Origin: Candidatus Nomurabacteria bacterium
GTDB lineage: Bacteria; Patescibacteriota; Minisyncoccia; Phycocordibacterales; UBA10002
DNA length: 64,000 bases
Direction of reading: 5' to 3'
Assembly: GCA_943354745.1 (NCBI GenBank)
Contig: CALRDB010000002.1
Coordinates: 3,679-67,678, forward strand
The position numbers were made by a program, and so were the translations under genes. Below are positions 1 to 8,388 of the stretch, piece after piece. The notes under the pieces were generated by a model, which saw only the letters and a program-made list of their open reading frames with translations, was not told where the DNA came from and did not search any database. How positions within the stretch are numbered: position 1 is the stretch's first letter; each line of letters begins with the position of its first letter.

Positions 1-469
1 CGACCTTCGAGGTAACCCGGGTGGGTACCTCGACGCCGCAGTCGAGATGGCAAGTTATTTTCTTCCCACAGGGAAAGTTATCGTCACTGAAAATTCAGGA
101 ACAGCCAGTAAGGGAAAAGTAGACCGAAGCCTTGGCTATAATCTATTTAATAAAAATCTCCGAATGGTCATCCTGGTCAATGGTGGCTCTGCTTCCGCAT
201 CGGAAATTCTTGCCGGAGCACTCCAGCAACATGGAGTTGCTCAGCTTGTCGGAACACAAACATTCGGTAAAGGATCGGTCCAACAACTGATTAAGGTAAC
301 TCCAGAAACATCACTCAAAGTAACCGTAGCGCGTTGGTTTACACCCAATGGCACCTCTATTTCTCTCAAAGGAATCACCCCTGATGTAGTGGTGAAGATG
401 ACACCAGAGGATATCGAGAAGAAACGCGACCCCCAACTAGAGAAAGCTATTGAACTACTCAACAAATAG
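1..469 (+). CDS. S41 family C-terminal processing peptidase (partial, 5' end outside window)
   Basis: Frame open from position 2 (DLRGNPGGYL); motifs NGGSASASEI, GTQTFGKGSVQ and GITPD are typical of CtpA/Prc. Confidence 0.92.
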   Translation, partial: DLRGNPGGYLDAAVEMASYFLPTGKVIVTENSGTASKGKVDRSLGYNLFNKNLRMVILVNGGSASASEILAGALQQHGVAQLVGTQTFGKGSVQQLIKVTPETSLKVTVARWFTPNGTSISLKGITPDVVVKMTPEDIEKKRDPQLEKAIELLNK

Positions 470-564
470 TCGACAACTAAACTACGAATGACAAAAAGAG
501 AAAGATGGGGTATCCTCTTAGGGTTATCAAGGTATCGGTTATTCAGCTATAAATTGTTGCTTCT

Positions 565-1008
565 ATGAAAATAGTGCTACTTAAAGATATTGCGGGTGTT
601 GGCCGAAGAAACGAAGTTAAGAACGTATCCGATGGATACGCGCTTAATATGCTTATCCCGAATAAACTTGCCGTCGTTGGAACACCATCAGCCATAGCCC
701 ATGCCGCACGACTAAAGGCAGAACAAGAAGGGGAGCGTAAATTGCAGGAAAATCTATTACTTAAGAATTTCTCCTCACTCGAAGGAGTGGAAATAGAGCT
801 CACCGAAAAAGCTAACGAGAAAGGACACTTGTTCGCCAGCGTTCATACCAGCACAATTGCCTCTGAGCTAAAAAAGCAAAAAGGCATCGATGTCCTTCCT
901 GATTTCTTGCACGTTGAAAAGCCTATTAAGGAAATCGGCGCTCATACGATTACCGTAAAGGCGCACGACAAGACAGGGACATTTTCTCTCGTGATAAAAG
1001 CGCTCTAA
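565..1008 (+). CDS. rplI: 50S ribosomal protein L9
   Basis: MKIVLLKDIAGVG...V.DGYA.N.LIP N-terminus; GHLFASV motif. Confidence 0.97.
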   Translation: MKIVLLKDIAGVGRRNEVKNVSDGYALNMLIPNKLAVVGTPSAIAHAARLKAEQEGERKLQENLLLKNFSSLEGVEIELTEKANEKGHLFASVHTSTIASELKKQKGIDVLPDFLHVEKPIKEIGAHTITVKAHDKTGTFSLVIKAL

Positions 1009-1067
1009 TAAGCCGAGTTACAGAAAAGCGCTTGACCCTGGGGCAAACCCCCAGCAGAACCGAAATT

Positions 1068-1104
1068 AAAAACTCCCCCTCAATAGAAACGAGGGGGAGT
1101 TTTT
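1068..1104. terminator. Bidirectional intrinsic terminator between convergent rplI and rpmA
   Basis: aaaaactccccctc...gagggggagttttt inverted repeat with A/T tails. Confidence 0.8.
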
Positions 1105-1115
1105 AATTTTATTTC

Positions 1116-1388
1116 TTATTGAACACTCACTTCTTTTCGCATCACCATACGCCCGTCATATTTGATCTTGCGTCGATTTTTGAAGGAGACAATACCGTCT
1201 TTATCGGCAAAGAGGGTGTGGTCCTTGCCCACTGAGACGTTCTTGCCGGGAAGAACCTTGGTGCCTCGCTGACGGATGATAATGTTTCCGGTCTTTGCTT
1301 TTTGACCAGCATGCAATTTAACCCCGAGGTAATGTGGGTTTGATCCTGTTAGGTTTTTTGCGGTCCCGCCGGCTTTTTTGTGTGCCAT
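1116..1388 (-). CDS. rpmA: 50S ribosomal protein L27
   Basis: MAHKKAGG...[10 protein letters not shown]...GKDHTLFA. Confidence 0.98.
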   Translation of the reverse strand: MAHKKAGGTAKNLTGSNPHYLGVKLHAGQKAKTGNIIIRQRGTKVLPGKNVSVGKDHTLFADKDGIVSFKNRRKIKYDGRMVMRKEVSVQ

Positions 1389-1496
1389 GGTAAGAAGAGG
1401 TAATTAGTAGACAGTATGTATATAAATAGAGGGAGAACGTGGCCTCGAATAAGCTTCGTCTACCTACTAAGTACCAGTTACTATATACTTAGTTGC

Positions 1497-1937
1497 ATGA
1501 ATATACCCGAAGTAAGGGAAAAAATCAAGTTGTTGCAGGACCGTCTTAACACTCGGGAACTATACACCGTTTTACTGATTTTAGTCGTTGGTTTTGGCTC
1601 TTTTGGACTTGGTAGACTTTCAACGATTCGGGAAGGGAAGCCGCCTGTCCTTGTTGAACAGGCAAATACTCCTATTCTTTCCACTCCGAATTCACCCGAA
1701 GGGAACACAGTGGTGGTAACACCCCCTTCTAAAAGTACAGGGCTAGCAGCAGTTCATTCTGCTACACCCGCCTCAGGTGGACAGCTTGTGGCCTCAAAGG
1801 GCGGAACAAAGTACTATTTCCCTTGGTGTGGTAGTGCTGCGCGCATTTCTGAAGCGAACAAAATCTGGTTCAATTCAGTGGAGGAAGCACGGAAGGCAGG
1901 GTATACACCAGCATCAAATTGCAAAGGACTGAAGTAG
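1497..1937 (+). CDS. Membrane-anchored protein with C-terminal Ada-like metal-binding domain
   Basis: N-terminal TM segment, Pro/Thr linker, then ASKGGTKYY.PWC...I...N.IWF.S.EEA...GY.PA..C. Confidence 0.75.
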   Translation: MNIPEVREKIKLLQDRLNTRELYTVLLILVVGFGSFGLGRLSTIREGKPPVLVEQANTPILSTPNSPEGNTVVVTPPSKSTGLAAVHSATPASGGQLVASKGGTKYYFPWCGSAARISEANKIWFNSVEEARKAGYTPASNCKGLK

Positions 1938-2006
1938 TGGGTAGTTTGTAGTTGGTAGAAGAATCGGAGTTTTATTCGCATGCGCAATTCGCTAAACATA
2001 TCTACA

Positions 2007-2273
2007 ATGAAATATACAAGGGACATAGTGCTGACGGTATTGGGGTGGGCGTTTATCGTTATCGGAATCCTCGGCATCTTTTTGCCGTTCCTGCAGGGCA
2101 TTCTCTTTATTGTTATTGGTGTATATCTTCTTTCAATCGGTTCGCCGAAAGCCCATGCAAAATTACATGCGATGTATATCGCGTTCAAGATGCGCTTTCC
2201 CCGCGCCGCGTTTACACTGGTAAAAGTTGAAAAAAAGTGGGAGGATATGATTTCCCGTTGGCGTCGTCCATGA
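2007..2273 (+). CDS. Small membrane protein (DUF454/PGPGW-like)
   Basis: GWAFIVIGILGIFLPFLQG helical-hairpin pattern. Confidence 0.7.
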   Translation: MKYTRDIVLTVLGWAFIVIGILGIFLPFLQGILFIVIGVYLLSIGSPKAHAKLHAMYIAFKMRFPRAAFTLVKVEKKWEDMISRWRRP

Positions 2274-2289
2274 AGGTTTGTTCTTCTTT

Positions 2290-2335
2290 CCCCTTTTCAA
2301 AGGGGAAGTACCGAGTCTGCGAGGGGTAGGGGTTT
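2290..2335. repeat. Palindromic REP-like element, same family as the truB insert
   Basis: ccccttttcaaagggg followed by gtaccgagtctgcgag; 15/16 match to the reverse complement of 30427-30442. Confidence 0.65.
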
Positions 2336-2372
2336 TGAAAAGGAATTCAGCACATATATCGTTAGGTAGCAT

Positions 2373-2446
2373 GTGCGTTTAGCTCAGTTGGTTAGAGCGT
2401 GCGATTCACATTCGCAAGGTCGCAGGTTCGATTCCTGCAACGCGCA
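2373..2446 (+). tRNA. tRNA-Val(CAC)
   Basis: Acceptor GTGCGTT/AACGCGC; anticodon arm TGCGA-TTCACAT-TCGCA; T-loop GGTTCGATTCC; CCA not encoded. Confidence 0.95.
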
Positions 2447-2448
2447 TT

Positions 2449-3450
2449 ATGAGTTTCTGGGTTACACGTGTCTCTAAGTTTTTGGTACTCGCACTTGCGA
2501 TCCTTTTTGTTACTTGTACCGTGATGATTGCTTCTGAACATACCGTAACTATAGAGAAGGCGAGAACTCCAAAAGTGGTACAAAAATCAAATGAAATTAG
2601 AATGGTTTTCGTCGGAGATATCATGCTCTCCCGAAACATCGGGGAGACAATAGCGAAAAAGAAAGATCCGACGTTTTTCTTCGCCTCGACTACCGAGTTT
2701 CTAAAATCCGCCGACATTACCTTTGGAAATCTTGAAAACCCTGTCTCAACCAGAGGAATAAGATCGGGAAGTATCTATTCGTTCCGCGCAGACCCGCAAA
2801 CACTCCAAGGGCTCACATCAGCGGGTTTTAATGTCGTCTCTATCGCCAACAACCATATTTGGGACTATGGCAAACAAGCATTCAAGGATACTCTGTCGAA
2901 TCTATTGGAAAACGACATTGGTGCTGTTGGTGGGGGAGAGAACTACGCTGAAGCCCATACGCCTAAAATACTCGTGGTAGGGAAGACACGTATAGCATTT
3001 CTGGCCTATACCAACCTCATCTCTCCGAAGCTAGGGCTTGCAAGTTCCACTCCCGCAATTTCAAGATACGACGACACTATTCTTCAGACTGATATTACCG
3101 AAGCCAAAAAAGTGTCTGACTTTGTCGTGGTTTCCTTTCACTGGGGGGATGAATACCAAACCAAGCACAATCCCGAGCAGGAGAGGGTGGGGAAGTTCGT
3201 CATAGATGCGGGTGCGAATCTCGTCATCGGACACCATCCGCATGTCGTACAGGAGGTTGAGGAATATAACGGGGGATATATCGCCTACAGTCTCGGCAAT
3301 TTCATCTTCGACCAGAATTTTTCAAAGGACACGAAACACGGACTCGCGCTAGTCGTTACACTAAAGGACGACAAAATCATCTCCGTTGATAAAAAAGAAG
3401 TCTCTTTCGCTGATGGCTATCACCCTTATTTTGCCGAACATAATAAATAA
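2449..3450 (+). CDS. CapA/PGA_cap family metallophosphoesterase
   Basis: GDIML, NLENP, ANNHIWDYG, HWGDEY, GHHPHV and YSLGNF motifs. Confidence 0.93.
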   Translation: MSFWVTRVSKFLVLALAILFVTCTVMIASEHTVTIEKARTPKVVQKSNEIRMVFVGDIMLSRNIGETIAKKKDPTFFFASTTEFLKSADITFGNLENPVSTRGIRSGSIYSFRADPQTLQGLTSAGFNVVSIANNHIWDYGKQAFKDTLSNLLENDIGAVGGGENYAEAHTPKILVVGKTRIAFLAYTNLISPKLGLASSTPAISRYDDTILQTDITEAKKVSDFVVVSFHWGDEYQTKHNPEQERVGKFVIDAGANLVIGHHPHVVQEVEEYNGGYIAYSLGNFIFDQNFSKDTKHGLALVVTLKDDKIISVDKKEVSFADGYHPYFAEHNK

Positions 3451-3576
3451 GGATCTTCAAACCGCAGCCACTTATGGGATGCCACAGCAAGTCATTGACG
3501 AATTAATTCAAGAGAGTATTCTAATGTGTATAACTGCCAACCTCGTAAAGCCGTTAAGTAACGCAAACAAAAATAT

Positions 3577-3969
3577 ATGAAAAACGCTTTTGAAAGTTCG
3601 CCAGAAACAGTAGCGAGTGCTCAACCCGAAAATAGAGCCGAGGTTAGTGCCGCTGAATTAAAAGTAAAGTATCAACTGACGGACGAAACTTGTAATCTCC
3701 CCGAGGAATCGGAGGAAAGAGTTAGCAGAATCCTAGCGGAAAGAGAACGACTCGAACGTATCCATAGAGGTTTTACAAGAGAAATCCCGGAGATTCAAGT
3801 TGCTTTGAGGTTGCCGGAGGACGACCCTCATTTTAAAGGTATGAGAACCAGCCCGAATGCTTATAGGATGCGACTACAGGAGTGCCAAACCGCTCTTCCC
3901 CTCGTTTTTGATCGTATCAAGGAACTTGAATCAAGGAGTAAGAAAGTGCTTATTCCTTTCCAAGAATAG
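3577..3969 (+). CDS. Hypothetical protein
   Basis: 130 aa ORF with ATG start, followed by a terminator-like hairpin at ~3980-4003. Confidence 0.6.
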   Translation: MKNAFESSPETVASAQPENRAEVSAAELKVKYQLTDETCNLPEESEERVSRILAERERLERIHRGFTREIPEIQVALRLPEDDPHFKGMRTSPNAYRMRLQECQTALPLVFDRIKELESRSKKVLIPFQE

Positions 3970-4032
3970 GCCCTCCTATAAAAGCCGCCATATGGCGGCT
4001 TTTACCTTTCTTTGCTAAAGTAGTTCACACTA

Positions 4033-4103
4033 CGGGATGTAGTATAACGGTAGTATCTACGATTCGGGTTCGTAGGGTCCGAGTTCAAATCTCGGCATCC
4101 CGA
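4033..4103 (+). tRNA. tRNA-Pro(CGG)
   Basis: Acceptor CGGGATG/CATCCCG; anticodon arm TACGA-TTCGGGT-TCGTA; T-loop GAGTTCAAATCTC. Confidence 0.93.
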
Positions 4104-4104
4104 C

Positions 4105-4704
4105 ATGATAATTGTCGACGTAGAATCAACCGGCGTAGATGCCAAACTAAACTCGCTCCTTTCGGTAGGGGCGCTGGATTTTGATAATCCCGAGAATCAG
4201 TTCTATATGGAATGCCGGGCGTTTGAGGGAGCGCACGTGGAAAAAGAAGCACTTGTGGTAGCAGGATTTAATGAAATCCAAATCCATGACCAAACAAAAA
4301 AAACGGACAGGGAAGTGGTGATCGCTTTTTTGGCATGGATGAAGACCTGCAAGGAATGGACCCTTGTGGGACAAAATCCATCATTTGACCGCGACTTCTT
4401 AGAAAAAACTGCCCACCGGTATCATATCGATTGGCCTCTCGCTCATAGGACGATTGATCTTCATTCGATTGCCTATTTTGAGCTTCTCAAAGCAGGGAAG
4501 GAGATTCCTCGCAAGAATAACCATACCGCCCTCAACCTCGATAGGATTCTAGAACAGGTAGGTCTACCCACTCGTACTAAAAGCCATAACGCACTCGATG
4601 ACTCAAAGCTCGAAGCAGAAGCATTTTCAAGATTACTTAATGGAAAGGGACTTTTGACCCAATATAGCCATTTCCCGATACCATCCAACGCAAAAAAGTC
4701 CTAG
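4105..4704 (+). CDS. DEDDh 3'-5' exonuclease
   Basis: VDVESTG (ExoI), QNPSFD (ExoII), HNALDD (ExoIII). Confidence 0.9.
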   Translation: MIIVDVESTGVDAKLNSLLSVGALDFDNPENQFYMECRAFEGAHVEKEALVVAGFNEIQIHDQTKKTDREVVIAFLAWMKTCKEWTLVGQNPSFDRDFLEKTAHRYHIDWPLAHRTIDLHSIAYFELLKAGKEIPRKNNHTALNLDRILEQVGLPTRTKSHNALDDSKLEAEAFSRLLNGKGLLTQYSHFPIPSNAKKS

Positions 4705-4797
4705 GACGGCTAAGAATATAGGTTTTAGAAATACAAAAATACGGCTCTATAGAGCCGTATTTTTGTATTGACGTAGTCTTAAAAACGTGTGGAATTA

Positions 4798-4826
4798 TTG
4801 ACAGACTGGCTGAGGCGTGCTAGTAT
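4798..4826 (+). promoter_or_regulatory. Sigma70 promoter upstream of the lysozyme-like gene
   Basis: TTGACA-17 bp-TAGTAT with extended TG. Confidence 0.7.
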
Positions 4827-4979
4827 ATAGAAGCAATCAGACGAGAGTCTGGTTGCTGTTTTTAATCACCGAGAACCTTGGAATTTTTCAAAGGTACTCA
4901 GATGAAATCTCCATTCGAACGGTCCAAGATTATCTTGGAGACGAGTGCGAGAAAAACGTAATACGAACTTTTAAAAAAT

Positions 4980-5444
4980 ATGATAGAACTTACTACTAGT
5001 TTTGTACTCCTACTTGGAAGCCTTTACGGCGGAGTATCGGCTACCGCCGAAACCCCTCCGAAAGGACCTGTACCCGTAGAGCAAGCTATGGCTAACCAGC
5101 CGGTTACGCTTGAATCGTACATCCGCGAGTATTTCAAGGATACGCCTATTATGGCGGAGATTGCAAAATGCGAGTCACGATTCAGACATCTCGGTAGGAA
5201 CGGCAAAGTGCTTCGCGGTGAACTAACCGTGGAAGATCTTGGTGTCATGCAGATCAACGAATTTTATCACGAGGATACTGCAAAGGTGCTTGGATTTGAC
5301 CTCCACACACTTGATGGGAACCTTGCGTATGCTAAATGGCTTTATGCAAAAGAAGGAACCGTTCCTTGGTACTCGTCTGCTAAGTGTTGGCAGAAATCAG
5401 ACACTATCGCCAAAACGGATATAAGGCTAGCAAAAATCAACTAA
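4980..5444 (+). CDS. Secreted lytic transglycosylase/lysozyme-like protein
   Basis: Signal peptide; IAKCES catalytic Glu motif; GVMQIN; N...A..LY...G..PW. Confidence 0.8.
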   Translation: MIELTTSFVLLLGSLYGGVSATAETPPKGPVPVEQAMANQPVTLESYIREYFKDTPIMAEIAKCESRFRHLGRNGKVLRGELTVEDLGVMQINEFYHEDTAKVLGFDLHTLDGNLAYAKWLYAKEGTVPWYSSAKCWQKSDTIAKTDIRLAKIN

Positions 5445-5484
5445 CTTCAAAAACTCCCCGAGTAATCGGGGAGTTTTTGTTTGC

Positions 5485-5730
5485 CTATGATTTGAGCTTT
5501 TTGAGCGGATGGAACTCTTTGTGAGTGCTTTCAGCATATTTATCTGAAGCATTCACGTACCGTGTTGTTGTTTGTAACGATTCATGCCCGAGGAGTATCT
5601 GGATAGCGGCAGGATTAGCGCCTTGTCCAGCAAGATAGGTAGCAAAGCCGTGGCGAAATGAATGCGCGGAGGTAGGAACAATGATACCAAGAAGCTCCTT
5701 ATACCGTTTAATTTTCATCTGAAGGTAGTT
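5485..5730 (-). pseudogene. C-terminal fragment of a second tyrosine recombinase (Xer-like)
   Basis: SAHSFRHGFAT...IQILLGHESLQTTTRY box II only; begins right after the stop of the full-length paralog. Confidence 0.75.
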
Positions 5731-5733
5731 GGT

Positions 5734-6681
5734 TTATAGTCCTTCTCCTCCATGGAATTTTTTATGAATGTCTCGTAAATGCTTTGACGTAACGTGCGTA
5801 TAGATTTGGGTGGTCGCGATATTGCGATGACCTAAAAACTCTTGCACAACACGCAGGTCAACCCCCTTGGTCATTAAATCAGTCGCGAATGAGTGTCTGA
5901 GTGTGTGTGGGGTCGCCAAAAAAGGGATTCCAGCCATCTTTGAGTACTTTTCGACGACAAGCTCTACACCACGGACCGAGAGACGGCGGGAGTCCTTTTT
6001 CGGACCTTTAAAATTGATAAAGAGGGCATTGTCACTGTCATCGCGACCTTTAATATATGCCTTGAGCCAATGTAAGGCTCGATCGGAGAAATAGACCGTT
6101 CGGGGATGTCCGCCTTTGCCTATGACGCCAAGTTCAAGGTCTTCCTTGTTTAACGAGCTTGCAAGCTGCTTTAGATCAAGCGCGACAAGCTCGGCAACGC
6201 GCAACCCCGTACTGAAAAGCACTTCAAGAATGGCACGGTCTCGCCGTCCCGCTGCTGTTTTGATGTCGGGTGCATCAAAAAACCTTCGAAGCTGCTCAAT
6301 ATCGAAAAACTTAATAAGGTGCTCCTTCCGGTTCTTTGGAAGCTTTATTTTCTCCGTGGGGACCGTCGGAATATTCTTCTCATGAAAAAACGCTACAAAC
6401 GACCGCAGGGCGATAAGGTACAGGCTCTGTGTCACCGGATGAAGGGTCGCGGAGGCCTTGCGGATCGCATTGGGGCGACGTGAAAGCCAAACGCGATATT
6501 TTGAAATATGCTCATCGTTAAGCTTATCGGGGGAAAGCTTTTCCAAATTATTTTCTTTGAGCCATGCGAAAAATTTTTGCACGAACCGCGAATAATTTTT
6601 CACCGTGTTTATCGAGAGTCCTTTCTCGACTTCTGAATACTCCAGAAAATCGTTCAAATATTGGGGGAGTGGTTTGTACAT
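5734..6681 (-). CDS. Tyrosine recombinase, XerC/XerD family
   Basis: SAM-like N-domain; RDRAILEVLFSTGLRVAEL; TPHTLRHSFAT; LGHRNIATTQIYTH. Confidence 0.95.
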   Translation of the reverse strand: MYKPLPQYLNDFLEYSEVEKGLSINTVKNYSRFVQKFFAWLKENNLEKLSPDKLNDEHISKYRVWLSRRPNAIRKASATLHPVTQSLYLIALRSFVAFFHEKNIPTVPTEKIKLPKNRKEHLIKFFDIEQLRRFFDAPDIKTAAGRRDRAILEVLFSTGLRVAELVALDLKQLASSLNKEDLELGVIGKGGHPRTVYFSDRALHWLKAYIKGRDDSDNALFINFKGPKKDSRRLSVRGVELVVEKYSKMAGIPFLATPHTLRHSFATDLMTKGVDLRVVQEFLGHRNIATTQIYTHVTSKHLRDIHKKFHGGEGL

Positions 6682-6719
6682 TTTGAGGTTCTTAAGAGTG
6701 TCTTATTTTGCCCTAGTAA

Positions 6720-6747
6720 ATGTGGATTAACATATATTATACGAAGT
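6720..6747 (-). promoter_or_regulatory. dif-like Xer binding site upstream of the recombinase
   Basis: Minus strand ACTTCGTATAA-TATATG-TTAATCCACAT in an 11-6-11 layout; left arm XerC-like, right arm divergent. Confidence 0.5.
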
Positions 6748-6809
6748 ACTGTCGCTTAGAGCAACGGGTGTTATCCACACCCGTTGCATCAGATCCCCTT
6801 CTGCTGTGT

Positions 6810-7037
6810 CTAGAGTAATCCGTTAATTTTATCCCAAATCCAAACTGCTGGCGCGACAATAAATGTATTCCAAAGTTCTACCGTCAAACCCCAGACGTAC
6901 ACTAAATTTTCGTGCACCGTCGGCGAGTCGATAATGTCTTTAAGGTTGTAACCGAAAAAACCGAGCACAATAAGTGCGATAACAATAAGCAGTATTAACT
7001 TGATAAACCCTCCCCTTCTATCGTGTGTGTTATTCAT
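6810..7037 (-). CDS. Small membrane protein
   Basis: RRGGFIKLILLIVIALIVLG prepilin-like/TM start. Confidence 0.65.
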   Translation of the reverse strand: MNNTHDRRGGFIKLILLIVIALIVLGFFGYNLKDIIDSPTVHENLVYVWGLTVELWNTFIVAPAVWIWDKINGLL

Positions 7038-7115
7038 ATCGTAATTATAAGTTAACCTCTTAATCATGCAAACTGTGTGGTCCGCGCCGTTGCCTCTCCC
7101 GCACTTTCGCATATA

Positions 7116-8384
7116 TTATAAATATAAGAGGGGATTCAGATACGCTTTGAGGTCGGCAACGGGCATACGGTAATTTCCTTTACATACTGAACTTTTACGC
7201 TCCATGATCCGCATACCTTGTGTTGCATACACCGTTACATGTAAATGGGGTCCGGTTGAGTAGCCAGTATCACCACTGTAACCGATCACTTCACCGGTCG
7301 CCACACCTTGACCTTCGGTTACCTTAATCAAAGAGAAGTGGGCATAGAGAGTCGAGAGGCCGTTTTGGTGTTCTATGAGTACCCATTTGCCGTACGACGC
7401 TCCTGGACAGACCGTGTCAGTATCCCCTATCCCTTTTACTATCCCGCTCAGTGTAGCCTTAACCCTTGTTCCGACAGCAGCCTTAAAATCAACGCCGTTG
7501 TGACCTTTACCGTTATACGCTCCGCTTTTTGCAAAAGCAGTATCACCAAACTCCTGTGTAATCTTTATGACATCGAGTGGCCACAAAAGGACTCCTGAAC
7601 CGGATGGGGGAAGCCGGGAAGGGTCTATAGCGAAACGAAGCTCGGACTCAAAGGCAAGAAGTTCTTTTTCAAAAACATTTCGCTTTGCAACCTGTTGCGC
7701 TAATATCTTTCTATATTCGGTTTCCTTATTCTTCGTAGTCAAGAGGAGCTCACTTTTCGCCTTTTTGTTTTGAGCAAGCATCGCATTCTTATCACCCAAA
7801 TCAGCCCGAAGCGAAACCAATTTCTTCCGGTTCATCTCGGTTTCAGTTTGAACCTCCTCAAGGCCTGCCTTGAGTTCCTTGGTGCTGTTCATATCATCTC
7901 GAACATGCGCCTCAAAACGCTTCAAATCATCGACTTTTCCCCAGACCGTTGAAAGAGTTCCTCCCGAGAGCATAATTTCGATAAGCGTCCTTTTGTCCGC
8001 ATCAGCAAGATTTCGTATAGTTTGTGAAAGAGCATCTCGACTTATACCGATCTTCCCTTCCTTTTGGTGGATGTCTCGAGACAACTCTTCAAGACGCAGG
8101 TTAACGGCGGTGATTTTACTTGCTGTTAATTTAATTTCAGCAGAGAGCTTTTTTTGTTCAAGATCAATATACCGAATAGTACTTTGCAGTGTCTTTGTTT
8201 CTTTCCCTGTCGTTTCTATTTGTATCTGAAAATCTGCAATTTCTTTTTCGAGAATGGCAATGGCGGTATTTCTTTGAGTAATCTTAGTGCGAAGATCGGT
8301 AATGGTTTCACCATATACCGGGAAAAAAGGTACCAAAAAGAGGCACCCCACTATTCCAAGAATACTAAGCCTGCATCGGGACAT
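7116..8384 (-). CDS. Coiled-coil M23 family peptidase (EnvC/NlpD-like murein hydrolase)
   Basis: Signal peptide, long coiled coil, HNGVDF and STGPHLH. Confidence 0.92.
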   Translation of the reverse strand: MSRCRLSILGIVGCLFLVPFFPVYGETITDLRTKITQRNTAIAILEKEIADFQIQIETTGKETKTLQSTIRYIDLEQKKLSAEIKLTASKITAVNLRLEELSRDIHQKEGKIGISRDALSQTIRNLADADKRTLIEIMLSGGTLSTVWGKVDDLKRFEAHVRDDMNSTKELKAGLEEVQTETEMNRKKLVSLRADLGDKNAMLAQNKKAKSELLLTTKNKETEYRKILAQQVAKRNVFEKELLAFESELRFAIDPSRLPPSGSGVLLWPLDVIKITQEFGDTAFAKSGAYNGKGHNGVDFKAAVGTRVKATLSGIVKGIGDTDTVCPGASYGKWVLIEHQNGLSTLYAHFSLIKVTEGQGVATGEVIGYSGDTGYSTGPHLHVTVYATQGMRIMERKSSVCKGNYRMPVADLKAYLNPLLYL

Positions 8385-8388
8385 GCTT

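Noticed and set aside
5734-6681. Prophage or island integrase
   Set aside because: It looks like a housekeeping XerC/D, and the neighbours are core cell-wall and translation genes with no phage genes.
6771-6779. Replication origin at the DnaA box
   Set aside because: DnaA-like boxes are isolated (also ~53133 and ~61505), with no cluster and no dnaA or dnaN nearby.
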